64,000 bases of DNA from contig OZ024742.1 in NCBI GenBank assembly GCA_964016885.1, forward strand, positions 111,848,001-111,912,000, written 5' to 3'. Origin of the DNA: Eledone cirrhosa (lineage: Eukaryota). The notes beneath the pieces were generated by a model that was given only the letters and a program-made list of their open reading frames with translations, made no database searches and had not been told where the DNA came from. A program made the translations under genes and the position numbers. Numbering within the stretch: position 1 is the first letter of the stretch; every line of letters begins with the position of its first letter. Shown here piece by piece: positions 1 through 15,227 of this stretch.

Positions 1-92
1 ACAAATATTTTCCATAACTGACAATTTGAAACAACGGAAAACGACAAACCTTTGTGGAGCTCACGATAATACAATTTCTTACGTAGCACGCC

Positions 93-131
<39 letters not shown>

Positions 132-133
<2 letters not shown>

Positions 134-884
134 AATGACAAGGAAAGCCTCTGTATGGAAAATACCCAGAAAGACCTAACAATCCTGATGTTGAAAAAAA
201 TTTAACCCATCAGTGGTTGGCATCCTCTGAACTGACATCGGAGACTGAAGGACTGATTATATCAGCACAAGATCAGTGTCTGCCAAGAAAAAATTACCAA
301 GCCAACATAACAAAAAATGGATGCAACCCATTATGCCGTGTATGTAAAAAACAACCAAAGACCATTGATCATATAATTTCAATGTGCAGTCCTATAGCTC
401 CAACCGGATACCTAAATAGTCATGACAGAGCTGCACAATACATACATTGGATAATGTGTAAGCATTTTGACCTGCCCCATCAAAAGAATTGGTGCGAGCA
501 TGAGCCACCTCCCAAACTTGAAAAAGATCAGATCTCAATCTTGTGGAACTTTAAGATCCAAATAGACCGAAAAATAGATGCAAATAGACCTGATATAATA
601 CTGTAGGCACTCTAGGAATGATACCTAAGGGGTCCAATGATTACTTATCGCAAATACCAGGAAACCCGCGTATAGGAGAAATACAAAAGATAGTACTAAT
701 GGGAACCGCCCACATACTAAGGAAGATTATGTCAATATAAGTACATCACAAGTCTAAACACCTAATGATGCATGTGTTTGTATGTATGTTCTTTCTTGAA
801 CATGGCGGACCTTGTTGTCTCTTGAGGTCACTGGTTGTGACTTGGTGATAACTCGTATGAACATAAAGCAAGATAAATGCAACT

Positions 885-885
<1 letters not shown>
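132..885 (+). mobile_element. 5'-truncated Dong/R4-type non-LTR retrotransposon (family A), C-terminal CCHC + restriction-like endonuclease
   Basis: ORF 217-606: CRVC..TIDHIISMC, HD..AQYIHW..CK, LWNF.IQ.D..IDANRPDI. Internal deletion after RPDIIL. (TAA)n on both sides. Confidence 0.85.
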
Positions 886-925
<40 letters not shown>

Positions 926-1768
926 TCCTTCAGGAAAAATCCCTTCATAGTACCTCTCTGAGAAAACTGAATTTAGAGATCCACAGACATGGAACTGGTT
1001 GAAAAGAGGAGACCTTAAAAAGGCTACAGAAGGAATGCTAATGGCTGCGCAGGAGCAGGCCCTCAAAATGAAGTGGTTGAAATACCACATTTACAAGGAG
1101 GAGGCTAGCCCACTGTGCAGGATCTATGGAGAGAGAGAGGAGACTGTGGCTCACATTGTATCCGAGTGTAAACACCTTGCCCAGACTCACTATAAGGGCT
1201 GGAGACATGATGTGATGGGCAGGGTGATCCACTGGCACCTATGCAAAGTAAACAATTTACCACATTCTGAGAAGTGGTATGAGCATAAGCCAGAGGCGGT
1301 GATAGAAAACGATCAGGTGAAGGTGCTGTGGGATTTTAGGATACAGACGGACAAGAAACTGGAACACAATAGACCTGACCTGGTGGTTTTGGACAAAGAA
1401 AAAAGATCGTGCCTGATTGTGGATGTGGCCAGCCCATTCGACACGAGACTGCAAGAGAAGGAGAGGGAGAAAATTAACCGATACCAGGACTTAATGTGAG
1501 AGGTAAAAAGGATTTGGAACTGCCATGAAGTCAAAGTGATCCCGATTGCCATAGGCGCACTAGGGACTATCTCAAAAAGTTTCCAGGGATGGTTAAAGAA
1601 AATTGGCCCCTTCACGCTTTTTGGAACGCTTCAAAAGGCGTGCTTGCTGGGAACAGCAAGAACCCTCCGATACGTCCTGAATATCTGAGGCTGCAGGTAG
1701 TGGCTTGATATTCATCTCAACAAACTTTCCAGTTAACTAACATCAATGACTGAGACTCAAAGAGTAAT
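926..1768 (+). mobile_element. 5'-truncated Dong/R4-type element (family B)
   Basis: ORF 999-1499: ETVAHIVSEC, RHD, LWDFRIQTD, NRPDLVV, IVDVA.PFD, EKINRYQDL, then a premature TGA. Ends in (TAA)n. Confidence 0.88.
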
Positions 1769-1811
1769 AACAATAATAATAATAATAATTATTATTATTA
1801 TTATTATTATA

Positions 1812-2437
1812 ACAACCGAATACCTAAACAGGCATGACAGAGCTGCACAATACAGGCATTTGTTAATTTTTAAGCATTTTTACCTGTCCCATCACAAAAA
1901 TTGGTGGGAGCATCAACCACCTCCCGTACTTGAAAAAGATCAAGTCTCAATCTTGTGGAACTTTAGCATCCAAACAGACTGAAAAATAGATGCAAATAGA
2001 CCTGATATAATACTGAAGGACTTAAAGAAGAGAGTATGGCTGCTAATTGATATGTCCGTTCCAATAGACAAGAATGTATCTATAAAAATATTTGAAAAAT
2101 TGAGCAAGTATGAAAGACCTGGAGATAGAAATTGGAAAATTTGGAAGTTGAGAACTAAAACAATACCAGTGGTTGTAGGCGCTCTATGAATGATATATAA
2201 GGGGTCTAATGATTACTTATCACAAATCCCAGAAAGCCCGCATATAGAAGAAATACAAAAGATAGTACTAATGGGAACTGCACATATACTAAGGAAGATT
2301 CTGTCAATATAAGTACATGACAAGTATAAACACCCAAAGATTCATGTGTGTGTGTGTATGGTCTTTCTTGAACATGTTGGGGTCATTGCTTGTGACTTGG
2401 TGATAACTCGTATGAACATAAAGCAAGATAAATGCAA
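1812..2437 (+). mobile_element. Second 5'-truncated Dong/R4 family A copy
   Basis: Homologous to 132-885, including the 3' UTR ending CATAAAGCAAGATAAATGCAA + (TAA)n. Confidence 0.85.
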
Positions 2438-2492
2438 TAATAATAATAATAATGAAAATAATAATAATAATAATATTTATATATATATATAT

Positions 2493-2583
<91 letters not shown>

Positions 2584-2761
2584 TCAGACAGACAGACAGA
2601 GAGAGAGAGAAAACAATACGAAATATACATGCCAGAACCTCTTTAATTAGCCAATTGCCATAATATGTATTTATCTGGTGAGAAAGTCACAGCATGATGC
2701 CATGGCGAAATCCATAATAAACCTTCATCATATGTTCCATTATGTAATCAATTTGTAAATA

Positions 2762-2949
2762 AATTGTTTCTACTTTTTGGCACAAAGCCACCAATTTACC
2801 AGTGTATTACTGATACTTATTTTATCGACCCCGTAAGGATGAAAGGCAAAGTTGACCTCCGCGGATTTGAACTCAGAATGGCGAGGGTTGTATCTCTATG
2901 CTAGAAAGCATGGCGTCCGACCCTCTACCGATACTGGCAATCCACCGCC
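2762..2949 (-). mobile_element. tRNA-derived cephalopod-type SINE
   Basis: Reverse complement of the 53651-53834 copy. Box A-like 5' segment, box B GAGTTCAAATCC, body CTTTGCCTTTCATCC, tail GAAACAATT. Confidence 0.85.
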
Positions 2950-3256
2950 ATAAATCAAATGGAAACAAACTTGATATTGTTATTCCAAAGATCTGCGTTA
3001 TGATATCTAGCCTTCGTATTGTATTGGTAATGTATTCAACTTTGTCCTGTGCTACACATACCACAGCATTTCGAAAGCGGTAGAAATACACATGACATCG
3101 AGTGCTTTATCCGTTTACGCTATGATTTTGCTGACTGGAGAGACAATATCACAGCCCGGCGTACCAGTTAGGAAACACCCTATAACATCCCTTTACATAG
3201 GTGTATGCCCAAGCATACGTATGAGTGTGTAGCATATACCTATATATATATATATA

Positions 3257-3317
<61 letters not shown>

Positions 3318-3448
3318 CCATGAGTGGGTCAGATTGATTATGTGTATGTGCGTGCAGGTGATATACAATTGAGTTAGTCACACAGAAACGTAGGAAGATA
3401 AATCTCATATCGTCTGAGAAATTGAAAGAACATTAACAAAAATAAGAA

Positions 3449-3607
<159 letters not shown>

Positions 3608-5830
3608 AAAAAACACATTCTCCTTTTCTCTGGAAACTTTTTTAAACATCGACTTGCACACTGTCTCAAAAACCTAATTAGTATTCCCATCTCATAGCTT
3701 ATTTCCCTTGGACATCCATCTCCAGCTTTCTCTGTTTGTTATTCATCTCTCAACTGACAGTATTCACCAGGAAGAAGAATGAACGAAAAGACTATGTAGC
3801 AACAAATAAAATAGTAAAAATATTACACGGCGTCAATATTCGTAGAGTTTTATTTTCATTTAATTTTTTTAAAAATTATATTCTACTATTATTGAGGTTA
3901 TTTATCTGAGTTGATGGTGTTGCCAATAGTATTAGTCACAATTTCTATTAATATTGTTACTGTTTAATTTTTAACGAATTTATTTAATTTTATGATGTTT
4001 TTTTCATTATTAACTGCGTTATTGTTGTTATAAATAACAGTTAATGCTAACACAACCTTTTTGGTATCACCAACAATATTATTATTATGTTACTTTGATA
4101 ATTCTGCTTACACCTAACGTCTGTTCACCCGCGTTATCTATGTTAACACTTATAGACTACCAAACATACGTCTCTTAATCCAAGATGATTATTGATATCA
4201 TATAAATCTTCTCATATGTTTAAAACTACTGAACAGGAATATATTCTATCTTTTAATATAAATGCTTATTAGATGCAATTATAAGAAATATATCCTTATT
4301 TTAATTTTAATTTATTTTTTTTATTTTATATTTTATTTTATATTTTATTTAATACGAAAGTCCGAGGCAAATCTCTTCACTCAAACCTATGCCCTGTATA
4401 AAAATCAGAAAGAAGATGCACAAAAGATAACTGATTGTCATTGAGGAGGAATGACGAAAGAACTTTGACAAACGAGTTAATAATCAGCAATAAAGGCAAG
4501 GATGAAATAAAAAGCATATAGTGCGTGTGTTTATTTTTATAGGTAATACTAGCAACACAATGATCCCCAATTATAAAAAAAAACATGTGTCTGAACATTA
4601 CACCTGCACCACAAATACATAAACCTATGTATATATATTTGAATTTCGTATTTCCCAAAACGGTATGTTTATAAATAAACATCTAGAAAGTCATAGCTAT
4701 GAATAACACACTGGCAGCTTACACCACCAGGCAGTGTCCCACAGATGCAAGGGGGACAATCATCGATGCACTTCTAACTCAACTGCTTCTCGCCAGGACA
4801 ATCTCTCCCGCTTTTGCAAATGCCGGGCTTTAGAAATAGGCAAAAATATATTGGAATACAGCTATGTTTGAAGGTCAATCCTAATTTTACCTATATATAT
4901 TATAGTATAGTTAATACGAAACAATGTGGCATATGAAATAAAAAACTGATACGATTAAAAAGATCTGGCACAATGCGGTAGACATATATGACAAATGAAA
5001 CAAAACCAAGTAATGCTTTACCCACTATATCTCAAAATGATATATTAATACTAATACGGTACTTTTCAAACGTAGAAAATAAACTGTCGACCCCCCCCCC
5101 CAAAAAAAAAACCCCAACTATTGATGTGTTCTTTCTTAACTCGCCTATGTATATGAAATACACATGCTCTAAATCGCTACAGCAGCCAATCTGCTTTGTG
5201 CATTTACACTCTATTATTTATTTGTTTTATTTCTGGCTGAGGATAATGGACTTTTTGATTTTTAAATTACCCACATTCCTTTTCATCGATTATTGCCATG
5301 TTTCGGCTGCGGTATCTGTCAAAACGATTTAACAGATGAAGCTCTCATCGCTAGTGCACCTTAATTCATATGTACAGCTGCGGGACGGTATTTCCGTTAT
5401 ACGAGGAGCTACGTATTTTCAGTTGCGGCACACTATTTTGAAGATTTTGTTTTCGCTATTGTTTGTGTATTTCTATGAAAGACACACGTGGCTCTCATTT
5501 TCTGTGTTTGGTCCGGCTGCTTTAACGAATGACCTGGAATAATTGGTATTAAATTTATTGCAACGAAACTATAGATATTTCCAGATATTGACTGAAGAGT
5601 AGGGAGTGTTCTTGATTTTACTTTGGCTATCTCTTGTGCGCTTATATACATATACTGTGAGACAGTAACAGAGGACATGTTAACTGCTATTTTACATGTG
5701 ACTAACACCACAACAACAAAGAAAAGAGAAAGAGAGAGATAAATAGATAAACGAAATGTGAATTTTCATATATATCTAAACTATGTTCTCTAATATACAC
5801 CTTCATTTTATTATATACTTTTTATATTTC

Positions 5831-5880
5831 ATGTAGCATGAAGAAGTCGAAATTTTCATCGACTGAAACCGGTATTATAA
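5831..5880 (+). ncRNA. Degenerate type I hammerhead ribozyme (probable PLE 3'-end remnant)
   Basis: (A)TGAAGA-AGTCGA/TCGACT stem II-GAAA-CCGG-TA. C3 disrupted, weak stem I. About 115 bp upstream of (TA)n. Confidence 0.5.
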
Positions 5881-5986
5881 ATTGTTTTTAAAAACCTATT
5901 TCTGTTTTTCTATGAGAAAATCGTATTAGCAATTTCTACTTTTTCCTTATTTCCCTAATATATATCAATTCGTGTGTCACTCCTCG

Positions 5987-6038
<52 letters not shown>

Positions 6039-6519
6039 CACGTGGGAATTAGAACACGTTAGGGATTGATAATTTTTTTTACAAGAGATCATTAATCTTT
6101 CACGGAGAGAAGTTTAATATCATGGCATCAGAATACCCACAGCGGAAAAAGGTGGACATTAGTATCGTTTCCCACGCATGCTAAATTCACAGAGGCAACA
6201 TTTTTGCAGAGTTTGCTCGAAACCTTCTGAAACTTGGAGAAGGCCACATATTCCTTGGTATTTAATCATTTTTTTTTACTGTTGTGGAAAACGTTGATAG
6301 CTTAATTAATCGAATCTAAAAGTAAACTGATGTTTATTTTAAAATAAAATTTAGTAATAAAAAATAAAAAAAGGAGGAAACAAAAGGAAAGAAAAAATAT
6401 AAAAATATAAAAAAAAAGAAAGAGCGAAAAAAAGAGAAAGAAGGACGATAAGTGGAAGGGATGGCAAGAGCTCTGGTGTCACGGAAGAGAGGGGAGGAGT
6501 TAAGGGGTTTGGTTTTTAG

Positions 6520-7400
6520 GCCTAGGTCAAGATAACAGAAATGCTGCGCCCCGCTGACAAGACGGCAAAAGCATTCCCTCGGAAGATGGCCAGTGAACCC
6601 ACTGCAGCAGCCAACCAAACCCGTGGGGTTCTCTCTTCAGACAGACCACTGACGCTTCGATGTTGTAGAGATGCTCAGCAGTACGGGGTCCAAGTACGCC
6701 TGAGGTCTGGACGGCGACCGGTACGAAGGGAAAGCGGCCGGACAAACGATGCCAGGATTTGTGGCCGAAGCGACTAAGTTTGAGGCGGAGAATGTGTCAC
6801 AGCAGGTAGCGTCCCAGAAGAGGTATCTACCTCCTTCGAATGTGAAGAGGGTGAATCCGTAGGGTTGCTTGCCATCTCCGTGGTCTAGGCTTGCTAGCCC
6901 CAGTTGAGATGGAAAGCCAGCTACGTCCATGTTTCTTCACAATATGTCGATGAGAGTGGCATGTCAGGGGAACCGGCCGGCGCACTGGCGGCGGCAAGAG
7001 AAAGGGCGCGCGCTGAAATTTAGGTTAAGTTCATCCATCTGGCTGATAATCTCGTTGACGAGGGCGCGGCAGGAGGAGATATAGGAGAGGTAGGCAAGTA
7101 AAGATAGGTCCGAAGCTGATCGGAGGCCGAGGCCACCTAACCTCGCTGGGAGTGTCGCATGTTGCCAGCCTGCGCTGTCGAAACTGTCATTGTAGATGAG
7201 TTCCGCACAGTATTGAATGGTGGCATCAAATTCGGCGAGATCTGCGTGGGGTTGGCAAGTGCACTGCGCAGCGTGAATGTGAGTTTGAGGAGGCCGAAAC
7301 AGTTCATTCCTCAAGTGTAAGAGCGCGGGGTGAGCGTCAATGTGGGGCAGCCTTTCTGCTTATCAGAAAAATCCGTGAGCTTGGTCTCCCTATATTCTTG
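6520..7400 (-). mobile_element. Degraded CRE-clade-like non-LTR retrotransposon 3' part
   Basis: Fragmented ORFs with ATLPARLGGLGLRSA, GDGKQPYGFTL...WDATCCDT and FVPVAVQTSGVLG (restriction-like endonuclease region). GC-richer than flanks. Confidence 0.7.
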
Positions 7401-7459
7401 TGTTGGTATCATTGCAATTATATATTTATACATATATAAATATATATTTCTAAGCATCC

Positions 7460-7530
<71 letters not shown>

Positions 7531-8509
7531 ATATTTTGTTTTGGTCGTTTTGGAAGCATCAACAATGCAGATGGGTAATTCTCCGGGTCACAAGATCCGG
7601 TGGTGAAGAGAGAGATGTAAGTGAATGTAGAATGAAATGTATAGTGTGTAGAAGAACGTAAGAAAGAGCGTAAAAAATAAAAATAACACGAGATAGGGTT
7701 ACTTTGGGAGAGATTTAATTGTCCCTATATTTCGGATTCACATCCATCAACTTGGGGGTTTTTCGGGCGTTGTGGGGGGGGGGGGTTATCTGTCGGAGAG
7801 GAGCGATACGTGTCCTCTGCTGTTCGTTGTTTTGAATATCAATGTGTGTATATGTGTACTTTGTATTTTGGTTGACGTACGTCTCCGACCATATGTGTAT
7901 TTACATGTAGGTATGTGTGTGCGCTTGTTATATACGTATTTTATTATTCATATACGTTTATCTAATTATATGTATACACGCACACACATACATATATATA
8001 TATATATTTTTTTTTAGATATATATTTTTATGTGTATTTGGTGTATACATTCGTATGCGTGCGGGTACAGGCGTTGCGTGGGTTCTGTAAGTACGTGCGG
8101 TTTTTTTTTTGATTTATTGGTGATTTTTTTTGTGTAACTGCATCTATTTGTATACCTATGGCGAGTGCTTTCGCGTATGCTTGTGTATGTACGTTTATGG
8201 ATGCGTGTATGTATTTATTTAATTTCAATTACCTCTGTATTTTATTTACTTTATTCTTAACTCTGAAGCCGAGAATCATTCGATTTCCTAGTTAGAATTC
8301 TTGTCTACGACTCCGTTATAGCATTTACGTGGTTTTGTCTTCGCGTGCAATTGTTCTCCCCGCCCCACATATGACTATTTTCTTCGTTTTTTCTGTTTAT
8401 TGCCAGAGAACGTCTCTATGAACCACATAATATAATATTACTCTACGACTTCTTTTATACCATAAACGTGGTTTTGTCTTTGCGTGTAATTGTTTTTGAC
8501 CGCTCCGAA

Positions 8510-8607
8510 TAATTGTTTCTACTTTCTTTGGCACAAGGCCAGCAATTACCCAGTTCATTACTGGTACTTTATTCTATCGACCCCAGAAGGATGAAAGGCA
8601 AAGTTAA
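8510..8607 (-). mobile_element. 5'-truncated SINE inserted in the PLE 3' region, with probable TSD
   Basis: SINE 3' half flanked by ACCGCTCCGAATAAT / ACCGCTCCAAATAAT. The uninterrupted site is seen at ~40555. Confidence 0.75.
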
Positions 8608-8738
8608 CCGCTCCAAATAATGACGTATTATATTCGTTTTTTCCCGTTCTTTGGCAGGGAACGTTTCCACGAACCAAAGTAACGTCTTCCTGCCTTCCTC
8701 CGGTTGCAACGTTTTTTGAAATATTCACTTCTGTGTTG

Positions 8739-8814
8739 ACAGATTGACTTTGTTAGTTTCAGAAGATGCCGTTAAGGGTGAAAGCAGCGATTCTTTGCTT
8801 ATACTTTAATCTGT
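8739..8814 (+). ncRNA. Hammerhead-like motif with CAGAAGA core (copy 1)
   Basis: AGTTT-CAGAAGA-TGCC gttaa GGGT-GAAA-GCA..TGC-TT-ATACT. Outer helix ACAGATTGA/TTAATCTGT. Confidence 0.6.
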
Positions 8815-8821
8815 TATTTTA

Positions 8822-8902
<81 letters not shown>

Positions 8903-8905
<3 letters not shown>

Positions 8906-10890
8906 CGAAGGAAATGTGGTAAGGAACCAGGTGGACCATAACGCACCAAAGTACTCAATACTTGAAATTAAAAGTTAATGAGGTTTATGAATGGTGATGT
9001 TTATGATTAAAGAAAAAGGAATTAAGAATAGTATTTATTTAAGGTTTATATATGGAAGGGTTTAATAATATGTGCGAAAAAAAAGAATTTATTAATATCT
9101 ATTATTAAAATAACAATATTAAGGATATAAGGTGAATGAAGGAGAGATTAAAGGAATTATGAACTTAGAGGAATTAGTTAGCGTTGATGTTTGTTTTTAT
9201 ATATTGTAATATGTAAAAGTAAATAATAGGTTTAATACGAGCACAGAAGGAGAGAAGAAAGAAGATAATTTAGGTAGAAAAAAAATATAACGTCAAAAAA
9301 TATATATGTTTACAAAATTTACTAATGGTAATATTAGTATATATTAAAAATATAGTTTGTATGGCCAAGAATATAAGGAAAAAGGAAAATGTTATAGTGA
9401 CAAATAATAAGAATTAAGAAGTAATTGAGAAGTAAAAGTTACAGATTAAATATTAGAAATTAAAAAAAGAAAACAGGAATAAAGGAAAAAGGATAAACAA
9501 GAAGAAAGATAGGGGACCACTAACGAGATAGAATGAGTAAATTGCATAATATAATATACGGAAATGAGGTAGAAAGATGGGTATATTTGTAAAGGATATA
9601 AAAGCGTTTGAGAAAAGAAGATTTTAAACTAATTATGTATTGAGATATTAGCTGTATACTTTATGGAAAGTTCTATGGGATTTATGCAAGCAGAGCGAAA
9701 ATAAATCAGTACGTCTATTTATTATAGAATAAAAATTAGAGATAATGGTAAATTTCTCGGCTAGGCAGAGATTACATATTCTGGATATGGAAGAATTCCG
9801 GTAAGGAAAGGCGTTGCAAACCTTCCTCCAAGAATATTAATATTTTGTCTTTTAAGGACCATATGAGTTCCGAGAGTGCCGTGTTAGTTCTTTTAAGTTG
9901 GTATTTAAAAGACGACTTGTGATTATAAAATCTTGATTTAAGGGAAGTGGAAGTGGGACCACTATAGGTAAAATAATTAGTACCAGTTATAACCTTACAT
10001 TCATACACTAAATTTTTATCAAGACATTGGTTATTAAGAGGACATTTAGTTCTAACAGAGCAATTACAATTACGATTAGAGAAATTACCAGAGTTATGAA
10101 CAAGTGATCTAGTATTATTTGTAGAAGGAATTGGATTGGAAAAGTTATTTACGATAGGAACTATAGTTTCCTGATTTGGTGTTATGAACATTCGACAAAG
10201 TTACGTTTGACGTCGTATTTAAATTTACCGAATCTAGCCTAGAGTTAACATTGATGTCGGGTTTACTATTACTATTATTATGACGCCCAGTGTTGGATGG
10301 ATATAATTTATTATTTAATATTTTATTATTATGTTTAGAGATAATGTTAGAGATGTTGGAAGTGGTGGAATAAGAGAATTTGAGTGTATGTTTGTTAATG
10401 ATCTTACTATAGATATGAGAGGGAGGGAAGCATTTATCTAAGGCCCTAAAACATAGTTTAGGAATATTACTAGTAATAGATATAGAAAAAGGAGCATTGT
10501 ACCAAATCATATTTTTGTATCTAGGTCTTTTATTTAAGTTATTGGAATGTTCATAACTAACTATTTTACTATATGTCCTTCGATGATTGGTTTCTTTACT
10601 GTATTTAATTTTATCAGGATAACCGGCTTTGGAAAGCGCATTATTATAATAATTGGTATTAGCGTCGAAGATAACTTTGTTAGGGGATAAATTTGAGATT
10701 CTTTTTTCAAGATTACTGACTATAGCATTCTTCACATTAGTGGGGTGGTTAGATTTAAAATTAACATAATTTAGATTATCATTGTCTTTATGGTAAGGAT
10801 AATATAGGCCGGTGTCAGGATTAAGGGATATATCCAGGAAGTTAGCTAGTTTGACGTTGTTTCCAAATTCAATTTTAAGGGTATGGTGCT
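8903..10890 (-). mobile_element. 5'-truncated, frameshifted PLE (RT thumb, linker, GIY-YIG) with 3' UTR ending at (TA)n
   Basis: NFLDISL..YYPYHK..SNHP, WYNAPF, KFSYST, CNCSVRTKCPLNNQC..LVYEC..YSG. Terminus 8903-8964 recurs inverted at ~27515-27580. Confidence 0.85.
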
Positions 10891-10926
10891 TAAATAGATC
10901 AAATATATATATATATATATGTATAT

Positions 10927-11025
10927 ATTTATTTTTTAAAATAACAGATTATAGTTTAAGCAAAGAATCGGTGCTTTCACCCTTTGGATTTATGTTTGGA
11001 TTTTAGTCTTCAAATTTATTATTAT

Positions 11026-11030
<5 letters not shown>
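10927..11030. mobile_element. Minimal fold-back remnant of the 38341-40773 PLE family
   Basis: 10927-10983 is the 3' half of the CAGAAGA hammerhead on the minus strand. It is followed by the terminal TTTGGATTTTAGTCTTCAA..ATTATTAC on plus, then (TA)n. Confidence 0.65.
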
Positions 11031-11072
<42 letters not shown>

Positions 11073-11076
<4 letters not shown>

Positions 11077-12103
11077 GATAAATCTACCAAGAGTTTACGG
11101 TAGTGTCCAGTCCGTATGAAGAACTCAATGTATTCCGGATATCATGGAAAGAAGAGATGTAATGAAAAACCACTTTCGGTGAAAGATAAACGGTATACAG
11201 AGTCAAGATAAAATATTAAACAAATAATGAATAAACAATTCCTTATATTAAACAAAAAAAGTTCATTATTTAACGATCGTTTCTAGGATATATATGTGTT
11301 AGAATTGGTATGCATATTCAACAGATCTATGTACAAAATTATACAAAATTATACAAATTATCAAGATTAAATATACATACCAAACACATATATACGCCGT
11401 CTTCAGAAATAATGAAGTATATTTATTGATAATAACAACAATTCAAAATTTCAGTTCAAAATTGACCAATGAAAACACAAAGGGTTAAATGCAGTTCGGT
11501 GTGTGTATATACATGTAAAACCCTTACACATATTTTACAAAAATGTATGTATAATTTGTATACGCATACTAAAAGGATGGATGCAAATACAAAATTTCAA
11601 GGTTAATGTCTCTGTAAGCTTACAATGCGCAGATAAGATGCGTATTGACACTTATGAAGTCAAGTATATACATATATTTTTTCATACTCACACATATCCG
11701 TACAATCACACATACACGCGCGTATATGCATAAATATACACATAACCACGAACATACAAACACACACACACCCCCACTCACATTTATATATGTGGATATA
11801 AAATCATAAGCACATGGATATTAATTCACTCACATAAAACACTGGCACACACATATTTAGATCAAGATACAGAAATTAGGTGGGAGGGGGGGGGGTCAGT
11901 ATTCAACTGTCTGAGCAGACTGCCTAATATAAGTGTATCTATAAACTAAGAAAAATAAAAAAATAAAAAAATAAAACAATAAAATATAATAAATAAAACA
12001 TTAAAGAGGAAAGAATAGAAAGAAAAACAGAAAAAAGAAAAAAGAAAAAAGAAAAAAGAAATATATCAAGAAAATAAATATATATATATATAGAGACATA
12101 TAT

Positions 12104-12170
<67 letters not shown>

Positions 12171-12380
12171 TACATATATATATATACAAAAACATACATA
12201 TATATACACATAGACACACACATATCCATACATAAATATACACACATATATAAACACATACATACATATACACACATCCACACTAAGAACATACATATAC
12301 ACACATATATAAAAACATATACATATACACACATACATACATATACACATATACATACAAATACACATACATATATATAT

Positions 12381-12428
<48 letters not shown>

Positions 12429-12743
12429 ATGTACATACACGTACATATACACACACATATACATATAATTACACATACTATATAGACACAGATATATATA
12501 ACCACACACATACATGCACATATACAACACTTACATACTAATATACATACAGATATACACATACATAGCTATACATACACACAAATATATACAGACTTAC
12601 ATATATACACATACAGACAAATACTTACGCATCTATATAACGGTATATACATACAAACACCACTACACTATCACACAACTTAGAAATACAAAGAGAAAGG
12701 TATATACCTATACACACATACATATACAAATAGAAAAACATAT

Positions 12744-12780
<37 letters not shown>

Positions 12781-13086
12781 CACACACATATACATATAGA
12801 TATATATATATAACATATACATATATATATATATATACATACACATACAAATACACATACATACACATACAGATATATACACATACATACATGTACACAC
12901 ACATAGAAATATTTACGCATACACACATATACACATACATATACAGTCATACACACACATACACCTACACGAACATACACATACACATATATAAAGATAT
13001 ATATATACACACACACACACGCAAACACATACACACATAGACATATATATAAAAAATAAATAATAAAGATATATACATATATATAT

Positions 13087-13145
<59 letters not shown>

Positions 13146-13214
13146 CACCTAAATATACAAACACATACATACACACATACATAGACATACATGTACATAC
13201 ATATACGTACATCG

Positions 13215-13255
<41 letters not shown>

Positions 13256-13526
13256 TAGACATATAGATACATACACACACAACTTACATACACACATATA
13301 TATACATGTATATTCATACATAGAATTAGATATATAATCATACATACATATGCATTTACTTATACTCATATATACAAATACATACGCATCCATATATGCG
13401 TATATACATAAAAAAACCACTACAACCTCACCTAACTCAGACATACAAATAAAAATAATAATAAAAAGGCATATGTATATACATACACACACGCATTAAT
13501 AGAGATATATATATACACATATACAT

Positions 13527-13592
<66 letters not shown>

Positions 13593-13844
13593 ACTCATAC
13601 ATATATATATATATATATACACATAGATATCCACACACTCATACCAGCATAAATACACATACAAACACCCACATATACATATATATACACACGTATATAT
13701 ATATATATATATATACACACACATAAAAAACAGACATGCACATATATATATATATTTTTTTACACTTATATATACACATATTATATACACATACACAACC
13801 TAACTTATACACACATACACTTAAGTTATATTATAATAATAAAG

Positions 13845-13891
<47 letters not shown>

Positions 13892-13983
13892 CATACATAC
13901 ATACATATACATACATACATATAAACATATACATACATAAATACACACATACATGAATATAGACATATATTCACACATAGACA

Positions 13984-14052
<69 letters not shown>

Positions 14053-15186
14053 ATATACACAGACACATATACACACTCACATATATATATGTGTGTGTGT
14101 GCACACACACATATATACACACATACACATATATACACACAACCACATACATATGCATACATGCACACACACACACATATATCACATAGATACGAAGATA
14201 GACATATAAATAGAGAGACATACATATATATACACCACACATACACACACATACATACACACGCATATACATATACATATATATATACATATATATATAT
14301 TCCTATATATACATGCATACATATATATATACACACATATATACACATACATACACATATACGTACACACATTCACATACACATACATATATATATGCAT
14401 ATATACACATATATACATACATACATACACTCATATATACACACACAATCTTACATTCATATTTGCATGCGCATATATGTATTTTTATATTTAGATATAA
14501 ATACCCAAACCTATATAGACACCTACCTACATATATATTCATACATAGACGCTTACAAATACAGATGATAATAGTATGGGGGAAAGGGGGGTTTGGAGAA
14601 GGGGATCAAAGTAAATATATGTTTCAAGAAACATAGAATATTTTCCGTATCTTTATCCAATGTATGTTCTTACATATTTTCAGTGTTAGGAAATACAACA
14701 AACAAGAACTAAGGCAAAATCTATGCATCTCAAAATAAACAAGTATACCATTAATCATATGTTAACTAAACCAAAGATAGTCAACATATTGATTTCTAAG
14801 GTGTAAATTAGTTAGGTTTATAATATTTGAAGCAGAATTTTGAAGTTAAACAGTAGTAGAGTATTAATTACAGTATAACTAAATTAAAGTTAATAACGTT
14901 ATGGTATCAATATTAGGAAATGAATTTAGTAATAGGGAAAAAAAAAAAAAAAAAAAAACACAAATAAAAATAAAATAAAGTATTACATCGGTAGTAGAAT
15001 ATAAATTATAGGTTAACTAAATTAAAAATTATATATTTATTTCAATAGTATATGTTAATTAGGTATACAATACATAAAGCAGATATTGTATTTCATCAAT
15101 AGCATAATATAATTATATGCAAATAGAAATCAAAATTAATACGCATACATATACATATGCATACACATACATATATACATATATAT

Positions 15187-15227
<41 letters not shown>

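Larger units (their letters stand above)
7840..8825 (+). mobile_element. Non-coding 3' region of the PLE family at 38341-40536
   Basis: Colinear with the reverse complement of ~38430-39190. Ends in a hammerhead-like motif, then (TA)n. Confidence 0.8.
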